Below, piece by piece: positions 29,388 to 40,988 of a stretch of DNA of 64,000 bases. Position 1 is the first letter of the stretch. Every line of letters starts with the position of its first letter. Source of the stretch: Gammaproteobacteria bacterium (GTDB lineage: Bacteria > Pseudomonadota > Gammaproteobacteria > Eutrophobiales > Eutrophobiaceae); assembly GCA_965243205.1 (NCBI GenBank), contig CBDEUK010000002.1, positions 512,001 through 576,000 of the forward strand, given 5' to 3'. Below the pieces are notes generated by a model, which was not told the origin of the DNA, did no database searches, and saw only the letters and a list, made by a program, of their open reading frames with translations. The position numbers and the translations under genes are program-made.

Positions 29388-29903
29388 ATGTCATCAAAAC
29401 ATCATTTTTTATATATCTTTATAGGTATATTTCTACTAGCTCTTTATTTATATAATAAAGCAAAACTTGATGCTGCCAACAATGAAGGTTCAACTAAACA
29501 AGAATCGTTATATTCAGTAAGCTCAAATAAATCTTTTACCGATGCTGCAGAAGATGCCGCCTTTGCAATATCAGAACGTAATTTTCGAATCACGAACACC
29601 CTAAGGATAGGTAACGCAATTCGCGAGCGAGGCACAGAAAACTATTTAGATTATGACGTAATATTATTTTGTAATATTCAATACGCTGAACTTATGATTG
29701 ATGCAGATCCATATTACGTAAATTATTGCCCTGGACAAATAACCATCAGCGAAGTGTCTGAAAATCAGGTTATAATATCTGCCCCTTTGGTACCACTGCA
29801 TGGTTCCAATAATGAATTAAATGAATTAGTACAAGAAATAAATCGCCTAGTAGTTGAAAGCGTAGACTTTGCAGCTGAAACTTGGCAACAAGAATCAGAA
29901 TAA
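29388..29903 (+). CDS. DUF302-like membrane-anchored protein
   Basis: N-terminal TM; ILFCN...YCP pattern. Confidence 0.65.
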   Translation: MSSKHHFLYIFIGIFLLALYLYNKAKLDAANNEGSTKQESLYSVSSNKSFTDAAEDAAFAISERNFRITNTLRIGNAIRERGTENYLDYDVILFCNIQYAELMIDADPYYVNYCPGQITISEVSENQVIISAPLVPLHGSNNELNELVQEINRLVVESVDFAAETWQQESE

Positions 29904-29920
29904 TTCTTGAGGAGAAGGTT

Positions 29921-30661
29921 TTGAATAAAATTGAACATCATTTATTACTCAGTTGGTTAATATTAATTGGTTTAATTACATTCGGCTTATACTTAGCTTG
30001 GGATCAAGGAATTCTTAATTTATTGTATGGCAGTGATAAAAGTAAAATATCGTATTTAATTAGTTTTATTTATCTTTTAATTATTGGTCATGGAGCAATT
30101 CGTGTTTGGTATGTATCAAAACAATTAAACTACTCAAGCCAAATTGTGAATGATATTAAACACCATTCTTCTGAAAAAATATTTGTTCATGACGAACAAG
30201 TAAAATTTTCAAACAATCAATTCTTACCTAACTCAATCACTACTGAATTTATTCATGATTTAGTAACTCGTAATAATAATCAGATCAATAAAACAAATTC
30301 TGAGAATGCAAGCGAAACAGACTTAATTGATGTCTATGAATCAAGATTGAAGAGCCCAGACGAAATTGGTTGGTTTGCGTCGGACGCGATGATTAAACTT
30401 GGTTTATTAGGCACAATAATTGGTTTTATTTTAATGTTAAGTTCAGTCGTAAATGTTACTGAGTTTGATGTTACAACCATGCAAAAGATTCTAGCCAACA
30501 TGAGTTCAGGTATGGGTACAGCTTTATATACAACAATGGCAGGACTTATTTGCAGTTTATTAGCAACTGCTCAGTATCATATGATTGAACGCCATATAGA
30601 TGAATTAATGAATTCAATCAAACATATATCACAAGTTCATATCTTACCTAAACTCAGCTAA
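29921..30661 (+). CDS. MotA/TolQ/ExbB proton channel family protein
   Basis: LGLLGTIIGF and GMGTALYTTMAG; TTG start with GAGGAG RBS. Confidence 0.85.
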   Translation: MNKIEHHLLLSWLILIGLITFGLYLAWDQGILNLLYGSDKSKISYLISFIYLLIIGHGAIRVWYVSKQLNYSSQIVNDIKHHSSEKIFVHDEQVKFSNNQFLPNSITTEFIHDLVTRNNNQINKTNSENASETDLIDVYESRLKSPDEIGWFASDAMIKLGLLGTIIGFILMLSSVVNVTEFDVTTMQKILANMSSGMGTALYTTMAGLICSLLATAQYHMIERHIDELMNSIKHISQVHILPKLS

Positions 30662-30669
30662 TCATAATC

Positions 30670-31266
30670 ATGGGTATACGTAAACGTTTAAAATCTGATC
30701 CCTTTACAGATCTTTTATTTAATGCACTATTAGGTTTTACTTTTTTATTTCTGGTCGCCATTATGTTTATGAATCCAGAAGCAAAAACAGGCATTATTGA
30801 TCCTAAAGCTGAATATATTATTACTGTTACCTGGGAAGACTTTAGTCCTGAAGATATCGATGTTTGGGTTGAAGATCCTGATGGAAACTTAATCTATTTC
30901 CAAAATCGTGAAGCAGGATTAATACATTTAGATAGAGATGATCGTGGTATGTTGAACGATATTATTATGGTTGGAGGCAAAGAAGTTGAAAACCCTTTAA
31001 ACCAAGAAATCGTAACCATTCGAGGTGTTGTTAAAGGTGAGTACGTAGTAAACCTACATTACTATCAATCTGAAAGCGGCAAACCCGTTAACGCAAATAT
31101 ACGTTTAGCCAAAGTAAACCCTAAACTTGAAGTGATTTATTATGGGCAAGTATCCTTAGCTGAACATGAAGAAAAAACTGCTTTCAGATTTAAAATAACC
31201 AATAACGGTAAAATATCTGGAATTAATTTTATACCTAAGACTTTAGTTACCCTAGGAAAATCCTAA
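30670..31266 (+). CDS. ExbD/MotB-like single-pass partner with a beta-sandwich (DUF2135/YfaP-like) periplasmic domain
   Basis: DPFTDLLF at the start of the TM; DIDVWVEDPDG, LDRDDRG, GEYVVNLHYY. Confidence 0.6.
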   Translation: MGIRKRLKSDPFTDLLFNALLGFTFLFLVAIMFMNPEAKTGIIDPKAEYIITVTWEDFSPEDIDVWVEDPDGNLIYFQNREAGLIHLDRDDRGMLNDIIMVGGKEVENPLNQEIVTIRGVVKGEYVVNLHYYQSESGKPVNANIRLAKVNPKLEVIYYGQVSLAEHEEKTAFRFKITNNGKISGINFIPKTLVTLGKS

Positions 31267-31335
31267 TTGGAAAATCTTTTAGACAAAGTCTTAGTGAACA
31301 AATCATAACGACAATAAATTAGAGGAGTTAGTATT

Positions 31336-31860
31336 GTGTTTACATTAGGTATTACTGGCATCATAACCGCTTATGTCATACTTGGACTATTATTATTAAG
31401 CTTGAATCTTTATTCCAAATGGCCTTGGTACGTTAAGTTCAGCGCAATCGCTATTACTTCTTTATTTTATATAGTGACTTATATCTCAATGCCTCCACTG
31501 TTAGGTTGGCCAACTGACCAAACACCGCCAGAACGTTTCCGATTAATATCAACCTATGTTGAACAACCTAATAAATTAACAGGTGATGAAGGCGGCATTT
31601 ATTTATGGCTATCCGAAATAGATGATTTATCAGAAACACCTGAACCGCGTGCGTATAAATTTCCTTATAGCGATCCTTTTCATGAAGATATATTAAAGGC
31701 TCAATCCAAACTTAATAAAAGCATTTTGCAACTTGGAGAATTCAAAGACGAAGAAGAAGCTGGCTCGCTAGAAAATCTTGAACTCAAAAATAGAACTACA
31801 AATATTAGCGCAAAGATTTCATTCTATGATTTGCCTGATCCGCTATTCCCAGAAAAATAA
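31336..31860 (+). CDS. Hypothetical membrane protein (2 TM plus soluble domain)
   Basis: GAGGAG RBS, two hydrophobic helices, LLGWP, IYLWL, PRAY, acidic tail DLPDPLFPEK. Confidence 0.7.
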   Translation: MFTLGITGIITAYVILGLLLLSLNLYSKWPWYVKFSAIAITSLFYIVTYISMPPLLGWPTDQTPPERFRLISTYVEQPNKLTGDEGGIYLWLSEIDDLSETPEPRAYKFPYSDPFHEDILKAQSKLNKSILQLGEFKDEEEAGSLENLELKNRTTNISAKISFYDLPDPLFPEK

Positions 31861-31867
31861 TTTAAAT

Positions 31868-32608
31868 CTATAAAGAACCTAACCATTTAATCAATAAATC
31901 TTCTTGGGCACTGATTGAAAGTTTAGGTTCTTTACCATCAAACCATCTATTTTTTTGTTGAGTAATTTCATTCACAATCTTAGATGGTTTTATTTTGCCT
32001 TTACTATCTTTACAAGATTCAGGTTGTTTTGCTAACAACGCCAATGCAGCGCCTAAAACAACTTCTTTCTCTTTATCAAAGTCGTTTGATAACGTTGTTG
32101 CTTCTGGGTTAATTTGTGTATCTTTTTCATCCGTTGTAAACGATGTAGTCTTGATGCTACTAATAACAAATTCCATTAAACCTATCATCTGTTCTGGCAA
32201 TTCAATTCTACTTACCGCTGCCCACCGATAAAATTCAGATGGAATCACTTCCCAATCATTTATATTTTGATCTGTATCACGAACACTTAACGATAAATTA
32301 TGCTCTATACAATGTATAGCATGTTCAAACACCTCATTGATACGAACTATAATATCTTCATTGCCTTTCCAATCATTAATTTCAGGATCTAACCCTAAGC
32401 TCAAAGGTATGGCTTGTCCTTTTAAATTCCAATATTCTTTTACACACCAGGATTCATACATTTGTTGAGCTGCTAAATTATCTTCTCCATGAAATGATTT
32501 AAGTTTTTCATGGAGAACTGACGATTCTGTTTCTTGATATTTGGGAACAGTATGATTATCGATTGTTTTTTTTATAAAAATAGATTTAATTTTATCAACA
32601 ACACTCAT
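31868..32608 (-). CDS. Hypothetical protein
   Basis: 246-aa ORF overlapping the DUF455 gene by 4 bp; no family recognised. Confidence 0.65.
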   Translation of the reverse strand: MSVVDKIKSIFIKKTIDNHTVPKYQETESSVLHEKLKSFHGEDNLAAQQMYESWCVKEYWNLKGQAIPLSLGLDPEINDWKGNEDIIVRINEVFEHAIHCIEHNLSLSVRDTDQNINDWEVIPSEFYRWAAVSRIELPEQMIGLMEFVISSIKTTSFTTDEKDTQINPEATTLSNDFDKEKEVVLGAALALLAKQPESCKDSKGKIKPSKIVNEITQQKNRWFDGKEPKLSISAQEDLLIKWLGSL

Positions 32609-33435
32609 AGTACTTTATTTGTTTTATTATTTGGATTGAATTGATTATTACCAAGCCAATCAATTTCAGCTTGAGTAAATCCTGCTTGTGTTCTAGCTTT
32701 TAGATTAAACGGCCCTCTTAAACCTTCTGAGAAATAATCATTTAACAAAGATTTAAACGTTTCATAAGAATTCAGTTGCCTTTTTTCACAGAGGTAATGA
32801 AACCAATAAGAACCTGTCTCAACATGACCTATTTCTTCTTGATAAATAACTTTTAAAATTTCAGCTGCTTCATTTTCATTGGCAGATTCGAAACGTTTAA
32901 TCATATCAGGCGTTACATCTAAGCCACGTGCTTCTAACACTCTAGGCACTAAAGCCATCCTAATTAGAACATCATCCGCTGTTCTTTCAGCCATTTGCCA
33001 TAAACCATCATGCGCTGAAAAATCACCATAATCATATGTTCGAGATTGTAAATGATTACGCAACAACAAAAAATGTTGTGTTTCTTCATAAGCAATTTTG
33101 GCCCAATCGCTGTAATATTCGATGGGCATTTTTGAAAACCTAAATACTGCATCCCATGCAAGATTAATTGCATTAAACTCTATATGGGCGATTGCATGTA
33201 ATAATGCAGATTTGCCTTCTTTACTTCCAAAACCTCTTCTTGGAACAGATTCTGGAGAAACTAATTCTGGCTTTTCAGGTCTGCCAGGAACAATATCAGT
33301 GTCATATTCGTTTAAAGTATCAACAAATAAATCTCCAGAAATTAAACGTTTATAACAATCTAGTGACAAATCAATCTTGCGATCGATGTCTTTCTCAATA
33401 ATACATTCTTTAGCTAATAATCTTAGAGAATTCAT
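32605..33435 (-). CDS. Ferritin-like DUF455 protein
   Basis: LLHAIAHIEFNAINLAWD, EETQHF, LEARGLD, EEIGHV. Confidence 0.9.
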   Translation of the reverse strand: MNSLRLLAKECIIEKDIDRKIDLSLDCYKRLISGDLFVDTLNEYDTDIVPGRPEKPELVSPESVPRRGFGSKEGKSALLHAIAHIEFNAINLAWDAVFRFSKMPIEYYSDWAKIAYEETQHFLLLRNHLQSRTYDYGDFSAHDGLWQMAERTADDVLIRMALVPRVLEARGLDVTPDMIKRFESANENEAAEILKVIYQEEIGHVETGSYWFHYLCEKRQLNSYETFKSLLNDYFSEGLRGPFNLKARTQAGFTQAEIDWLGNNQFNPNNKTNKVL

Positions 33436-33439
33436 TTTC

Positions 33440-34783
33440 TTAAGCAGTTAATCTTAATTGACTATCCCAGGAGATATCCCAACCTTTTTCTTCAGGCAAA
33501 CATGCATATTCATTTGAAACCCAAAAACCAGAAACCAGCACAAGCTCATTATTAATATAGATCAACGGAATCTTATCTCGAACCCAAGGTAATACTTCTG
33601 CTTCTTGTAATAATTTCTTAAGCTCATGTTTATTATTTCGTTTAAACGGGCGTATTGTTTCCCCGCCTTTTCGAAATTTAATTTGAACATTATTATTATT
33701 TATTAATTGCGTTTTAATACCTTTGCCAATTTCTAATGATGCAGTAAGAGAACCATAATCTAATTCAATAGAATTCATTATATTCCAATCTGTTTCAAAA
33801 TTATTAATCTCTCCTAATGATTCCATAATATAAAGTTTATTTTTATATCTTCTAACATCTACATTTTGCCAACGCACTAACGGCATTTTATCTTCCTCGC
33901 AATTTATAACATTTTTTAATATTTGTTCTAATATTGCTTCAGAAGGAAGAATATAATTATTATTATCAATCCAAGTACGAATTAAATGCTTTTGTTCAGA
34001 ATAAGAAAACTTTTTTAGCCCATCAATATTTATGACATCGCAATCACTGCTGATAATAGAATTTAAATCTATTTGAGTTTTTTGATTTAATTGATCAACT
34101 AGCTCGCCTATATGTACAGATGAACGGTTTAGTGTTTTTACAGCTGCTGGCCAACGTTTTTTAATCGATGGAAAAATAGAGTTTCTTAAATAATTTCTAT
34201 CAAAACGAGTATCTACATTAGAAGTATCATTTACCCATTGAATGTTATTATTTTTTGCGTAAGCTTCTAATTCATATTTTTCAAAAGCTAAAAAAGGTCG
34301 CCCCAAATAATAATTATGTTTATGCATTAATTTGGGCATTGCCGATAGGCCTTTAGGCCCAGCACCTCTTAAGAGTTGTAAAAGTATAGTTTCTGCTTGA
34401 TCATCTTGATGTTGTGCAGTTAAGACTAAATCGTCATCGCAACAAACTTCAGAAAAAGCTTGATATCGTATTGATCTTGCCCATGCTTCAATACTTTCAT
34501 TTTTTTCAGGTTTCTCTGCTACCTCATAAGCTTTAAATTCAATATCATTATCTCTGCAGATATTTTTACAGTGAGTCTGCCACTCATCAGAATCTTTGTT
34601 TAGTTTATGATTAACATGAATCGCACCAATTCTATTAGTTAATCTGGATTTAATTTTAATGAGTGCATGCAATAAAACTGATGAATCGATACCGCCACTG
34701 AATGCTACCCAAACAGTATTCGTAATTGAATATGATTGAATGGCATTAAATAATACGTCTTCTAAAGAATCTTTATTATTCAA
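33440..34783 (-). CDS. tilS: tRNA(Ile)-lysidine synthetase
   Basis: AFSGGIDS, HQDDQAET, RNYLR; downstream of accA. Confidence 0.93.
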   Translation of the reverse strand: MNNKDSLEDVLFNAIQSYSITNTVWVAFSGGIDSSVLLHALIKIKSRLTNRIGAIHVNHKLNKDSDEWQTHCKNICRDNDIEFKAYEVAEKPEKNESIEAWARSIRYQAFSEVCCDDDLVLTAQHQDDQAETILLQLLRGAGPKGLSAMPKLMHKHNYYLGRPFLAFEKYELEAYAKNNNIQWVNDTSNVDTRFDRNYLRNSIFPSIKKRWPAAVKTLNRSSVHIGELVDQLNQKTQIDLNSIISSDCDVINIDGLKKFSYSEQKHLIRTWIDNNNYILPSEAILEQILKNVINCEEDKMPLVRWQNVDVRRYKNKLYIMESLGEINNFETDWNIMNSIELDYGSLTASLEIGKGIKTQLINNNNVQIKFRKGGETIRPFKRNNKHELKKLLQEAEVLPWVRDKIPLIYINNELVLVSGFWVSNEYACLPEEKGWDISWDSQLRLTA

Positions 34784-34812
34784 TTACGTTATAGCAAGAA
34801 TAGATAATGGAA

Positions 34813-35760
34813 TTAATCGAAAAAGCCGTATTGTCGAATACGCTGATGTCGGTCTAATAATAATTCATCGACAGACTTTGATTTTAATTCTTCAAGAGTG
34901 GTTGATAGAGTCTCTTTGAGTGAATTTGAAATTTCATCGTAATTACGATGCGCACCACCAAGTGGCTCTTGAATAATTTCATCAATCAAACCTAGTTCTT
35001 GTAAACGATCGGCAGTAATACCCATCGCTTGAGCTGCTTCAGAGGCTTTATCTGCGCTCTTCCATAAAATAGAAGCACAACCTTCTGGTGAAATCACAGA
35101 ATAAGTACTGTACTGAAGCATAAGTAATTTATCGGCAACACCGATCGCCAATGCGCCACCAGAACCGCCTTCACCTATCACTGTCGAAATAACCGGAACC
35201 GACAGTTTGGACATTTCAAATAAATTACGTGCAATAGCCTCACTTTGACCACGCTCTTCTGCACCAATACCAGGATAAGCTCCCGGTGTATCAATAAATG
35301 TTAATATAGGAATATTGAAACGTTCAGCAAGCTTCATAATTCTAAGCGCTTTACGATATCCTTCAGGCCTTGGCATACCATAATTGCGATAAATACGATC
35401 ATTAGTATCACGACCTTTTTGTTGTCCAATTACGGCAACTGGCTGACCATCTAAACGAGCCAGACCACACATGATGGCAGGATCATCAGCAAAACTTCGA
35501 TCGCCATGCAATTCATCAAAATCCGTAAATAATCTTTCGAAATAATCTTTGGTATAAGGACGTTGAGGATGCCTAGCTACTTGTGAAATTTGCCAAGGCG
35601 ATAAAGAAGAAAAGATCGATTTAATGAGTTCTTCACTCCGATCTTGTAATCGAGAAACTTCTTCATTGATATCAATATCGGAATCATTTCCAACATAACG
35701 TAATTCTTCAATTTTTGCGTCTAATTCAGCAATCGGTTGTTCAAAATCAAGAAAATTCAT
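34813..35760 (-). CDS. accA: Acetyl-CoA carboxylase carboxyltransferase alpha subunit
   Basis: [34 protein letters not shown]. Confidence 0.97.
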   Translation of the reverse strand: MNFLDFEQPIAELDAKIEELRYVGNDSDIDINEEVSRLQDRSEELIKSIFSSLSPWQISQVARHPQRPYTKDYFERLFTDFDELHGDRSFADDPAIMCGLARLDGQPVAVIGQQKGRDTNDRIYRNYGMPRPEGYRKALRIMKLAERFNIPILTFIDTPGAYPGIGAEERGQSEAIARNLFEMSKLSVPVISTVIGEGGSGGALAIGVADKLLMLQYSTYSVISPEGCASILWKSADKASEAAQAMGITADRLQELGLIDEIIQEPLGGAHRNYDEISNSLKETLSTTLEELKSKSVDELLLDRHQRIRQYGFFD

Positions 35761-35798
35761 AACAGTACTATCTATTATCCCCAAAGTTTAATTCAGTA

Positions 35799-38700
35799 TT
35801 ACTGGTAGCTCACGGCTATATTGTCCTCGCCAAAATCGGTCTTTAGTTTTTCCAATAAGTCGTTACTTAATGAGACTTTCCAGTCTTGGCCTAAAGGTAA
35901 TAAACAGCGAGCTTGGCCATTATTATATGCGATAAATACAGGCGTTTGTCCCTGATTATACTTAAATAAAGTCGATTTGAGTTGTTTTATCTCATTATCC
36001 ATCGATTGGCTAGTTTTCAATGTTAATAATAATTTAGCATGCCTTGAACGGTATTCTTCTAAACTCAGTATTTCTTTCGCTTCAATTGAACGGCCTGAAC
36101 TCGCATATTCATCTTCTTTTACCTCTCCTAACACGATAATGAGCTGATCTTTTAGTAATAGATGCTGATATTTCTGATAAGGTTCTGAATAAACCGTTGC
36201 TACTTGTAAAGCAGTATTATCATCTAACCTTACTTCCGCCATTTTTCCACGACTGGTATTTCTAACTCGAATACTATGTACATAGGCCGCAACGGTTATT
36301 CCACCCAAGCCCATTGTTCTCAATTTCTGTCTGGTAAATTGCTCGATTTCTGTTCGAAATTGTTCGATTGGATGACCATAGAGATAAAATCCCAGCGATT
36401 CTTTTTCACGTTTTAAACGTTCATCATCAGACCATTCGGCAACATTGATAAAATCGCCCGATGCATCTGTATCCGTATCCACTTGTTCAAAACCGAATAC
36501 ATCAATCTGTCCTGTATTCTTATTTTGATTGTATTGCTCAGCCATTGATATAGCTTTATCCAAACTCGCCATCAAAATACTACGACTGGGACCTAATTTA
36601 TCCATTGCACCACAGTTAATCGCCGCTTCAATCACGCGTCTATTTACTTTTTGCAGATTGACCCTTTTACAAAAATCAAACAAATCTTTATATGCGCCAT
36701 GATCTTGAATATCTTCCAAGATGGTTTCAATCGCTGCTTTACCTACGCCTTTGACTGCACCTAATCCATAAAGGATCGTTTTATCATCGACGACACTAAA
36801 AACATGTTGGCTGGTATTGATATCGGGTGGTAATAACTCAATCCCCATATCTTGGATTTCAGAGCGTAACATCACAACTTTTTCAGTGTTATCCATATCT
36901 GAAGATAATACTGCTGACATAAATGCCGCCGAGTAATGTGTTTTTAACCAAGCAGTTTGATAGGCAACTAATGCATAAGCTGCTGAGTGGGATTTATTGA
37001 AACCGTAACCAGCAAACTTTTCCATTAAATCAAAAATAAAAGTAGCTTGTTTCTCATCGACACCGCGATCAACGCTACCTTTAGTAAAAATCTCTCGCTG
37101 CTTATTCATCTCTTCGGGTTTTTTCTTACCCATCGCACGACGTAATAAATCCGCACCGCCTAATGTATAACCTGCTAAGACTTGCGCAATCTGCATTACC
37201 TGTTCTTGATATAAGATCACACCATGAGTCGGTCTTAAAATATCATCCAAACTAGGATGTAATGATTCAACTCTAGCTCGACCATGTTTACGTTCTACAT
37301 AATCATCCACCATACCCGACTGCAACGGGCCAGGACGAAATAAGGCAACCAACGCTATTAAGTCATCAAATTTATCAGGCTTTAATCGCCCAATGAGTTT
37401 TTTCATGCCATCCGATTCTAATTGGAATATCGCAGTGGTATCCGTTTTTTGAATCAATCGATACGTTGTTTCATCATCCAAAGGTATATCATTTATATTG
37501 AGTAAATCTTGTTTTTGTTTATTCCTTTGTTTGTTAACCTCGATTACAGTCCAGTCAATAATGGTTAATGTTCTTAAGCCCAAAAAATCAAACTTAACTA
37601 AACCAATCGACTCAACATCATTCATATCGAACTGACTAACTTTTGCAGTAGAACCTTGTTCACAATATAAAGGCATGTATTCAATCAATGGTTTCGGTGC
37701 GATCAAGATACCACCTGCATGCTTGCCCGCATTACGACTCAAACCTTCTAGTTTTAGTGCTAAATCAAATAAGGTTTTTACTTCATCTTCAGAGTTATAC
37801 CGTTGACGCAAAGCTTCTTCAGCAGCTAAAGCTTTATCTAACGTCATACCTATTTCAAATGGAATTAATTTAGCAAGTTGATCGACGAAGCCGTAAGGGA
37901 AACCCAATACACGTCCAACATCTCGCACCACAGCTTTCGCTGCCATACTACCGTAGGTAATAATTTGAGAAACATGCCCTCTTCCATATTTTTCTGCAAC
38001 ATAGTCAATCACCTCATCACGACGTTCCATACAAAAGTCGACATCAAAATCAGGTAATGAAACTCGCTCTGGATTTAAAAAACGTTCAAACAGCAGTTCA
38101 TACTTTAAAGGATCAAGATCAGTAATACCTAAAGCATACGCGACTAAAGAACCAGCGCCCGAGCCACGTCCTGGTCCTACTGGAATTGCATTTTCTTTTG
38201 CCCATTGAATAAAATCAGCAACAATTAAAAAGTAGCCCGGGAAACCCATTTGAATAATGACATCAAGCTCGATATCGAGTCGTTTAATATATTCTTCTTT
38301 ATTAAGTGATTGGTTCGAACGTTCTAATATTGTTTTCAGACCTGAATGTGATTGTTCTCTTAACCATCCACTTTGATCATAGTTTTTAGGCACTGGAAAT
38401 TCAGGTAAATAATGTTCTCCCAGTGTTAACTCTAAATTACAACGCTTTGCTATCTCAACAGTATTCTCAATTGCCTCAGGTATATCTTTAAATAGTTCTA
38501 TCATTTCTTCAGAACTTTTTAAATATTGTTGTTGACTATAATTTTTAGGGCGCCGTTGATCGTTTAGTGTATAACCGGTTTGAATACATACTCTTGCTTC
38601 ATGCGCTTCGAAATCTTCTTGTTCTAAAAAACATACATCATTAGTAGCGACTACAGGTAATTCGTAATCAACTGCGATTTGAATAGAATGCGCAATAATT

Positions 38701-39233
38701 AATTCATCATATTCACGATCGGTTCTTTGTAATTCTAAATAGAAACGATTAGGAAAATGCTGAGTATAAAATTCTATTGATTGTTTTATATCATCTGTTT
38801 TATTAGCAATGATAGATTGAGCGATATCGCCTTTCTTTCCTCCTGAAAGACAAATCAGCCCTTCTGTTTTATTCTCTAACCATGACTTATGAACAAATGG
38901 AACGCCTTGAATTTGACCTTGGATATAGGCCTGGGAAATTAAGTAACTTAGATTTTGATAACCAATACGATTTTGGCATAACAACACAATGCTATATTGC
39001 ATGTTTGTTTTCTCATCAACAATTCTAAGATCTGAACCAATAATTGGTTTTAAGCCTTGATTATGAGATGCCCGATAAAATTTAACTGTAGAAAAAAGGT
39101 TAGAGACTTCTGTCAATGCCACTGCAGGCATATCGTGACTTGCCACAGTATTCGTTATTTCATTTACACGTAAGATGCTATCTTCTAAAGAATATTCTGA
39201 ATGGATATGTAAATGTACAAATTGATTTAGCAC
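35799..39233 (-). CDS. dnaE: DNA polymerase III alpha subunit
   Basis: HLHIHSEYS, GPGRGSGAGS, PDFDVDF, KFDFLGL, YGFNKSH; no intein visible. Confidence 0.97.
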   Translation of the reverse strand: MLNQFVHLHIHSEYSLEDSILRVNEITNTVASHDMPAVALTEVSNLFSTVKFYRASHNQGLKPIIGSDLRIVDEKTNMQYSIVLLCQNRIGYQNLSYLISQAYIQGQIQGVPFVHKSWLENKTEGLICLSGGKKGDIAQSIIANKTDDIKQSIEFYTQHFPNRFYLELQRTDREYDELIIAHSIQIAVDYELPVVATNDVCFLEQEDFEAHEARVCIQTGYTLNDQRRPKNYSQQQYLKSSEEMIELFKDIPEAIENTVEIAKRCNLELTLGEHYLPEFPVPKNYDQSGWLREQSHSGLKTILERSNQSLNKEEYIKRLDIELDVIIQMGFPGYFLIVADFIQWAKENAIPVGPGRGSGAGSLVAYALGITDLDPLKYELLFERFLNPERVSLPDFDVDFCMERRDEVIDYVAEKYGRGHVSQIITYGSMAAKAVVRDVGRVLGFPYGFVDQLAKLIPFEIGMTLDKALAAEEALRQRYNSEDEVKTLFDLALKLEGLSRNAGKHAGGILIAPKPLIEYMPLYCEQGSTAKVSQFDMNDVESIGLVKFDFLGLRTLTIIDWTVIEVNKQRNKQKQDLLNINDIPLDDETTYRLIQKTDTTAIFQLESDGMKKLIGRLKPDKFDDLIALVALFRPGPLQSGMVDDYVERKHGRARVESLHPSLDDILRPTHGVILYQEQVMQIAQVLAGYTLGGADLLRRAMGKKKPEEMNKQREIFTKGSVDRGVDEKQATFIFDLMEKFAGYGFNKSHSAAYALVAYQTAWLKTHYSAAFMSAVLSSDMDNTEKVVMLRSEIQDMGIELLPPDINTSQHVFSVVDDKTILYGLGAVKGVGKAAIETILEDIQDHGAYKDLFDFCKRVNLQKVNRRVIEAAINCGAMDKLGPSRSILMASLDKAISMAEQYNQNKNTGQIDVFGFEQVDTDTDASGDFINVAEWSDDERLKREKESLGFYLYGHPIEQFRTEIEQFTRQKLRTMGLGGITVAAYVHSIRVRNTSRGKMAEVRLDDNTALQVATVYSEPYQKYQHLLLKDQLIIVLGEVKEDEYASSGRSIEAKEILSLEEYRSRHAKLLLTLKTSQSMDNEIKQLKSTLFKYNQGQTPVFIAYNNGQARCLLPLGQDWKVSLSNDLLEKLKTDFGEDNIAVSYQ

Positions 39234-39238
39234 AGAAA

Positions 39239-39832
39239 CTATCCTTCCATGATCGACCGTACTGGAGAGAAAGAACGTCTATGTATGTCGCATACTCCAT
39301 ACTCTTTTAAAGCTTCAATATGTTGCTTTGTTGGATAACCTTTATGTTTAGCAAAACCATATTCAGGATAGACTGAATCAAATTGACACATTTCATTGTC
39401 TCTAAAAACTTTTGCAATAATCGATGCTGCACTAATTTCAGGCTCGGTTAAATCGCCCTTGATAATTGTTTCAACTTTACAATTCACATTGGGCTTTTGG
39501 TTACCATCAACCTTCACCATGTTTGGTGTTATATCGAGTGATTCAACAGCTCTTTTCATTGCAATTAAACTAGCTTGAAGAATGTTGATTGAGTCAATTT
39601 CATCAACATCAGAAATAGCAATCGACCAGGCTATTGCTTGATTTTTGATTTTATCAGATAAAATTTCTCTACGTTTTTCAGATAACTTTTTTGAATCAGT
39701 TAACCCTTCTAATTCATAATTCAGCGGTAAGATAACTGCTGCGGCAACAACAGGGCCAGCTAAAGGACCTCGACCGACTTCATCGACACCAGCAATAAAA
39801 TAACCAGATTGTTCAGAGTTGGATTCAAGCAT
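39239..39832 (-). CDS. rnhB: Ribonuclease HII
   Basis: [35 protein letters not shown]. Confidence 0.96.
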   Translation of the reverse strand: MLESNSEQSGYFIAGVDEVGRGPLAGPVVAAAVILPLNYELEGLTDSKKLSEKRREILSDKIKNQAIAWSIAISDVDEIDSINILQASLIAMKRAVESLDITPNMVKVDGNQKPNVNCKVETIIKGDLTEPEISAASIIAKVFRDNEMCQFDSVYPEYGFAKHKGYPTKQHIEALKEYGVCDIHRRSFSPVRSIMEG

Positions 39833-40970
39833 TTTTTTGTTCTAATAATTTAATAATCGCGTTTTTTGCATCATCAGGATTGTTTAATATTAACGACTCA
39901 TGCAATTTAGTAAATTTAGACTTTAATAACTCGACTTCGTTAACATCGTTTAAATATCTCAATAAGGCTTGTGATAATTTTTCCGATGTACATTCAGCCT
40001 GTAAAAACTCTGGTATTAATTTTTCACCCGCCATCAAATTGGGTAAGGAAACATATGGAATTTTCAATAAAGGTTTAATCAACCAATATGTGAATGGATT
40101 GGCTTTATATGCTACGACCATCGGCCGTTTAATTAACATAGTTTCTAATGTTGCAGTACCAGAAGCCAACAAAACACAATCTGCAGCCTTCATAACCTCT
40201 TGGGTCTGTCCCGTAATCACCGTCAATCCTAAATCAGGCGCAACATCTTGACATAAAGATTCAAATAATTGCTTTGCTTGATTATCCCGTAAAGCCACTA
40301 AAAATTGCAGTTCTGGTTTCTGTTGCTTCAGTAACTTACATGTGTTTAAAAATGGTTCTGTCAATTTAGTAATTTCAGAACGTCGAGAACCAGGTAAAAT
40401 AGCAATCGTAGGAGATGATTTTTCTACATTTAATATGTCACGAGCAGTAGTAGTATCATTGTGCATAGGAATTTGATGAGCTAATGGATGACCTACGAAT
40501 TTAACGGGTATATTGTGTTTTTGATAATAACTTTCTTCAAAGGGAAATAAAGTCAGCATCAAATCCACAGCTTTTTTAATTGTTTTTAAACGCCCTTCTC
40601 TCCATGCCCAAACCGAAGGACTCACGTAATGTACCGTTTTAATATTATGTTTCTTTAAATATTTTTCTATAGAAAGATTAAAGTCAGGTGCATCAACTCC
40701 AATGAAAACATCCGGTGGATTCTCAACAAAATATTGTTTAATTTTATTTTGAATACCTAAAAGCTCGAAATAACGACCCAGTATTTCAAATAAACCCATT
40801 ACAGAGAGTCGTTCCATATCAAATAAAGAACGGCAACCTTCAGCGATTAATTTTTCTCCACCTATTCCTTCAACGATAGCGTCAGGATGTTTTTTTTTTA
40901 TTGATGTAATTAAAGCGGCGCCGAGTTCATCTCCAGAAGGTTCTCCAGCGACAATGCCTATTCGCAACAT
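39825..40970 (-). CDS. lpxB: Lipid-A-disaccharide synthase
   Basis: [36 protein letters not shown]. Confidence 0.96.
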   Translation of the reverse strand: MLRIGIVAGEPSGDELGAALITSIKKKHPDAIVEGIGGEKLIAEGCRSLFDMERLSVMGLFEILGRYFELLGIQNKIKQYFVENPPDVFIGVDAPDFNLSIEKYLKKHNIKTVHYVSPSVWAWREGRLKTIKKAVDLMLTLFPFEESYYQKHNIPVKFVGHPLAHQIPMHNDTTTARDILNVEKSSPTIAILPGSRRSEITKLTEPFLNTCKLLKQQKPELQFLVALRDNQAKQLFESLCQDVAPDLGLTVITGQTQEVMKAADCVLLASGTATLETMLIKRPMVVAYKANPFTYWLIKPLLKIPYVSLPNLMAGEKLIPEFLQAECTSEKLSQALLRYLNDVNEVELLKSKFTKLHESLILNNPDDAKNAIIKLLEQKNA

Positions 40971-40988
40971 GATTAAATAAAAAAACGC

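Noticed and set aside
29921-31860. Zorya ZorAB or flagellar MotAB
   Set aside because: No long ZorA tail, no OmpA-like peptidoglycan-binding domain, and no zorC/D/E or flagellar genes nearby.
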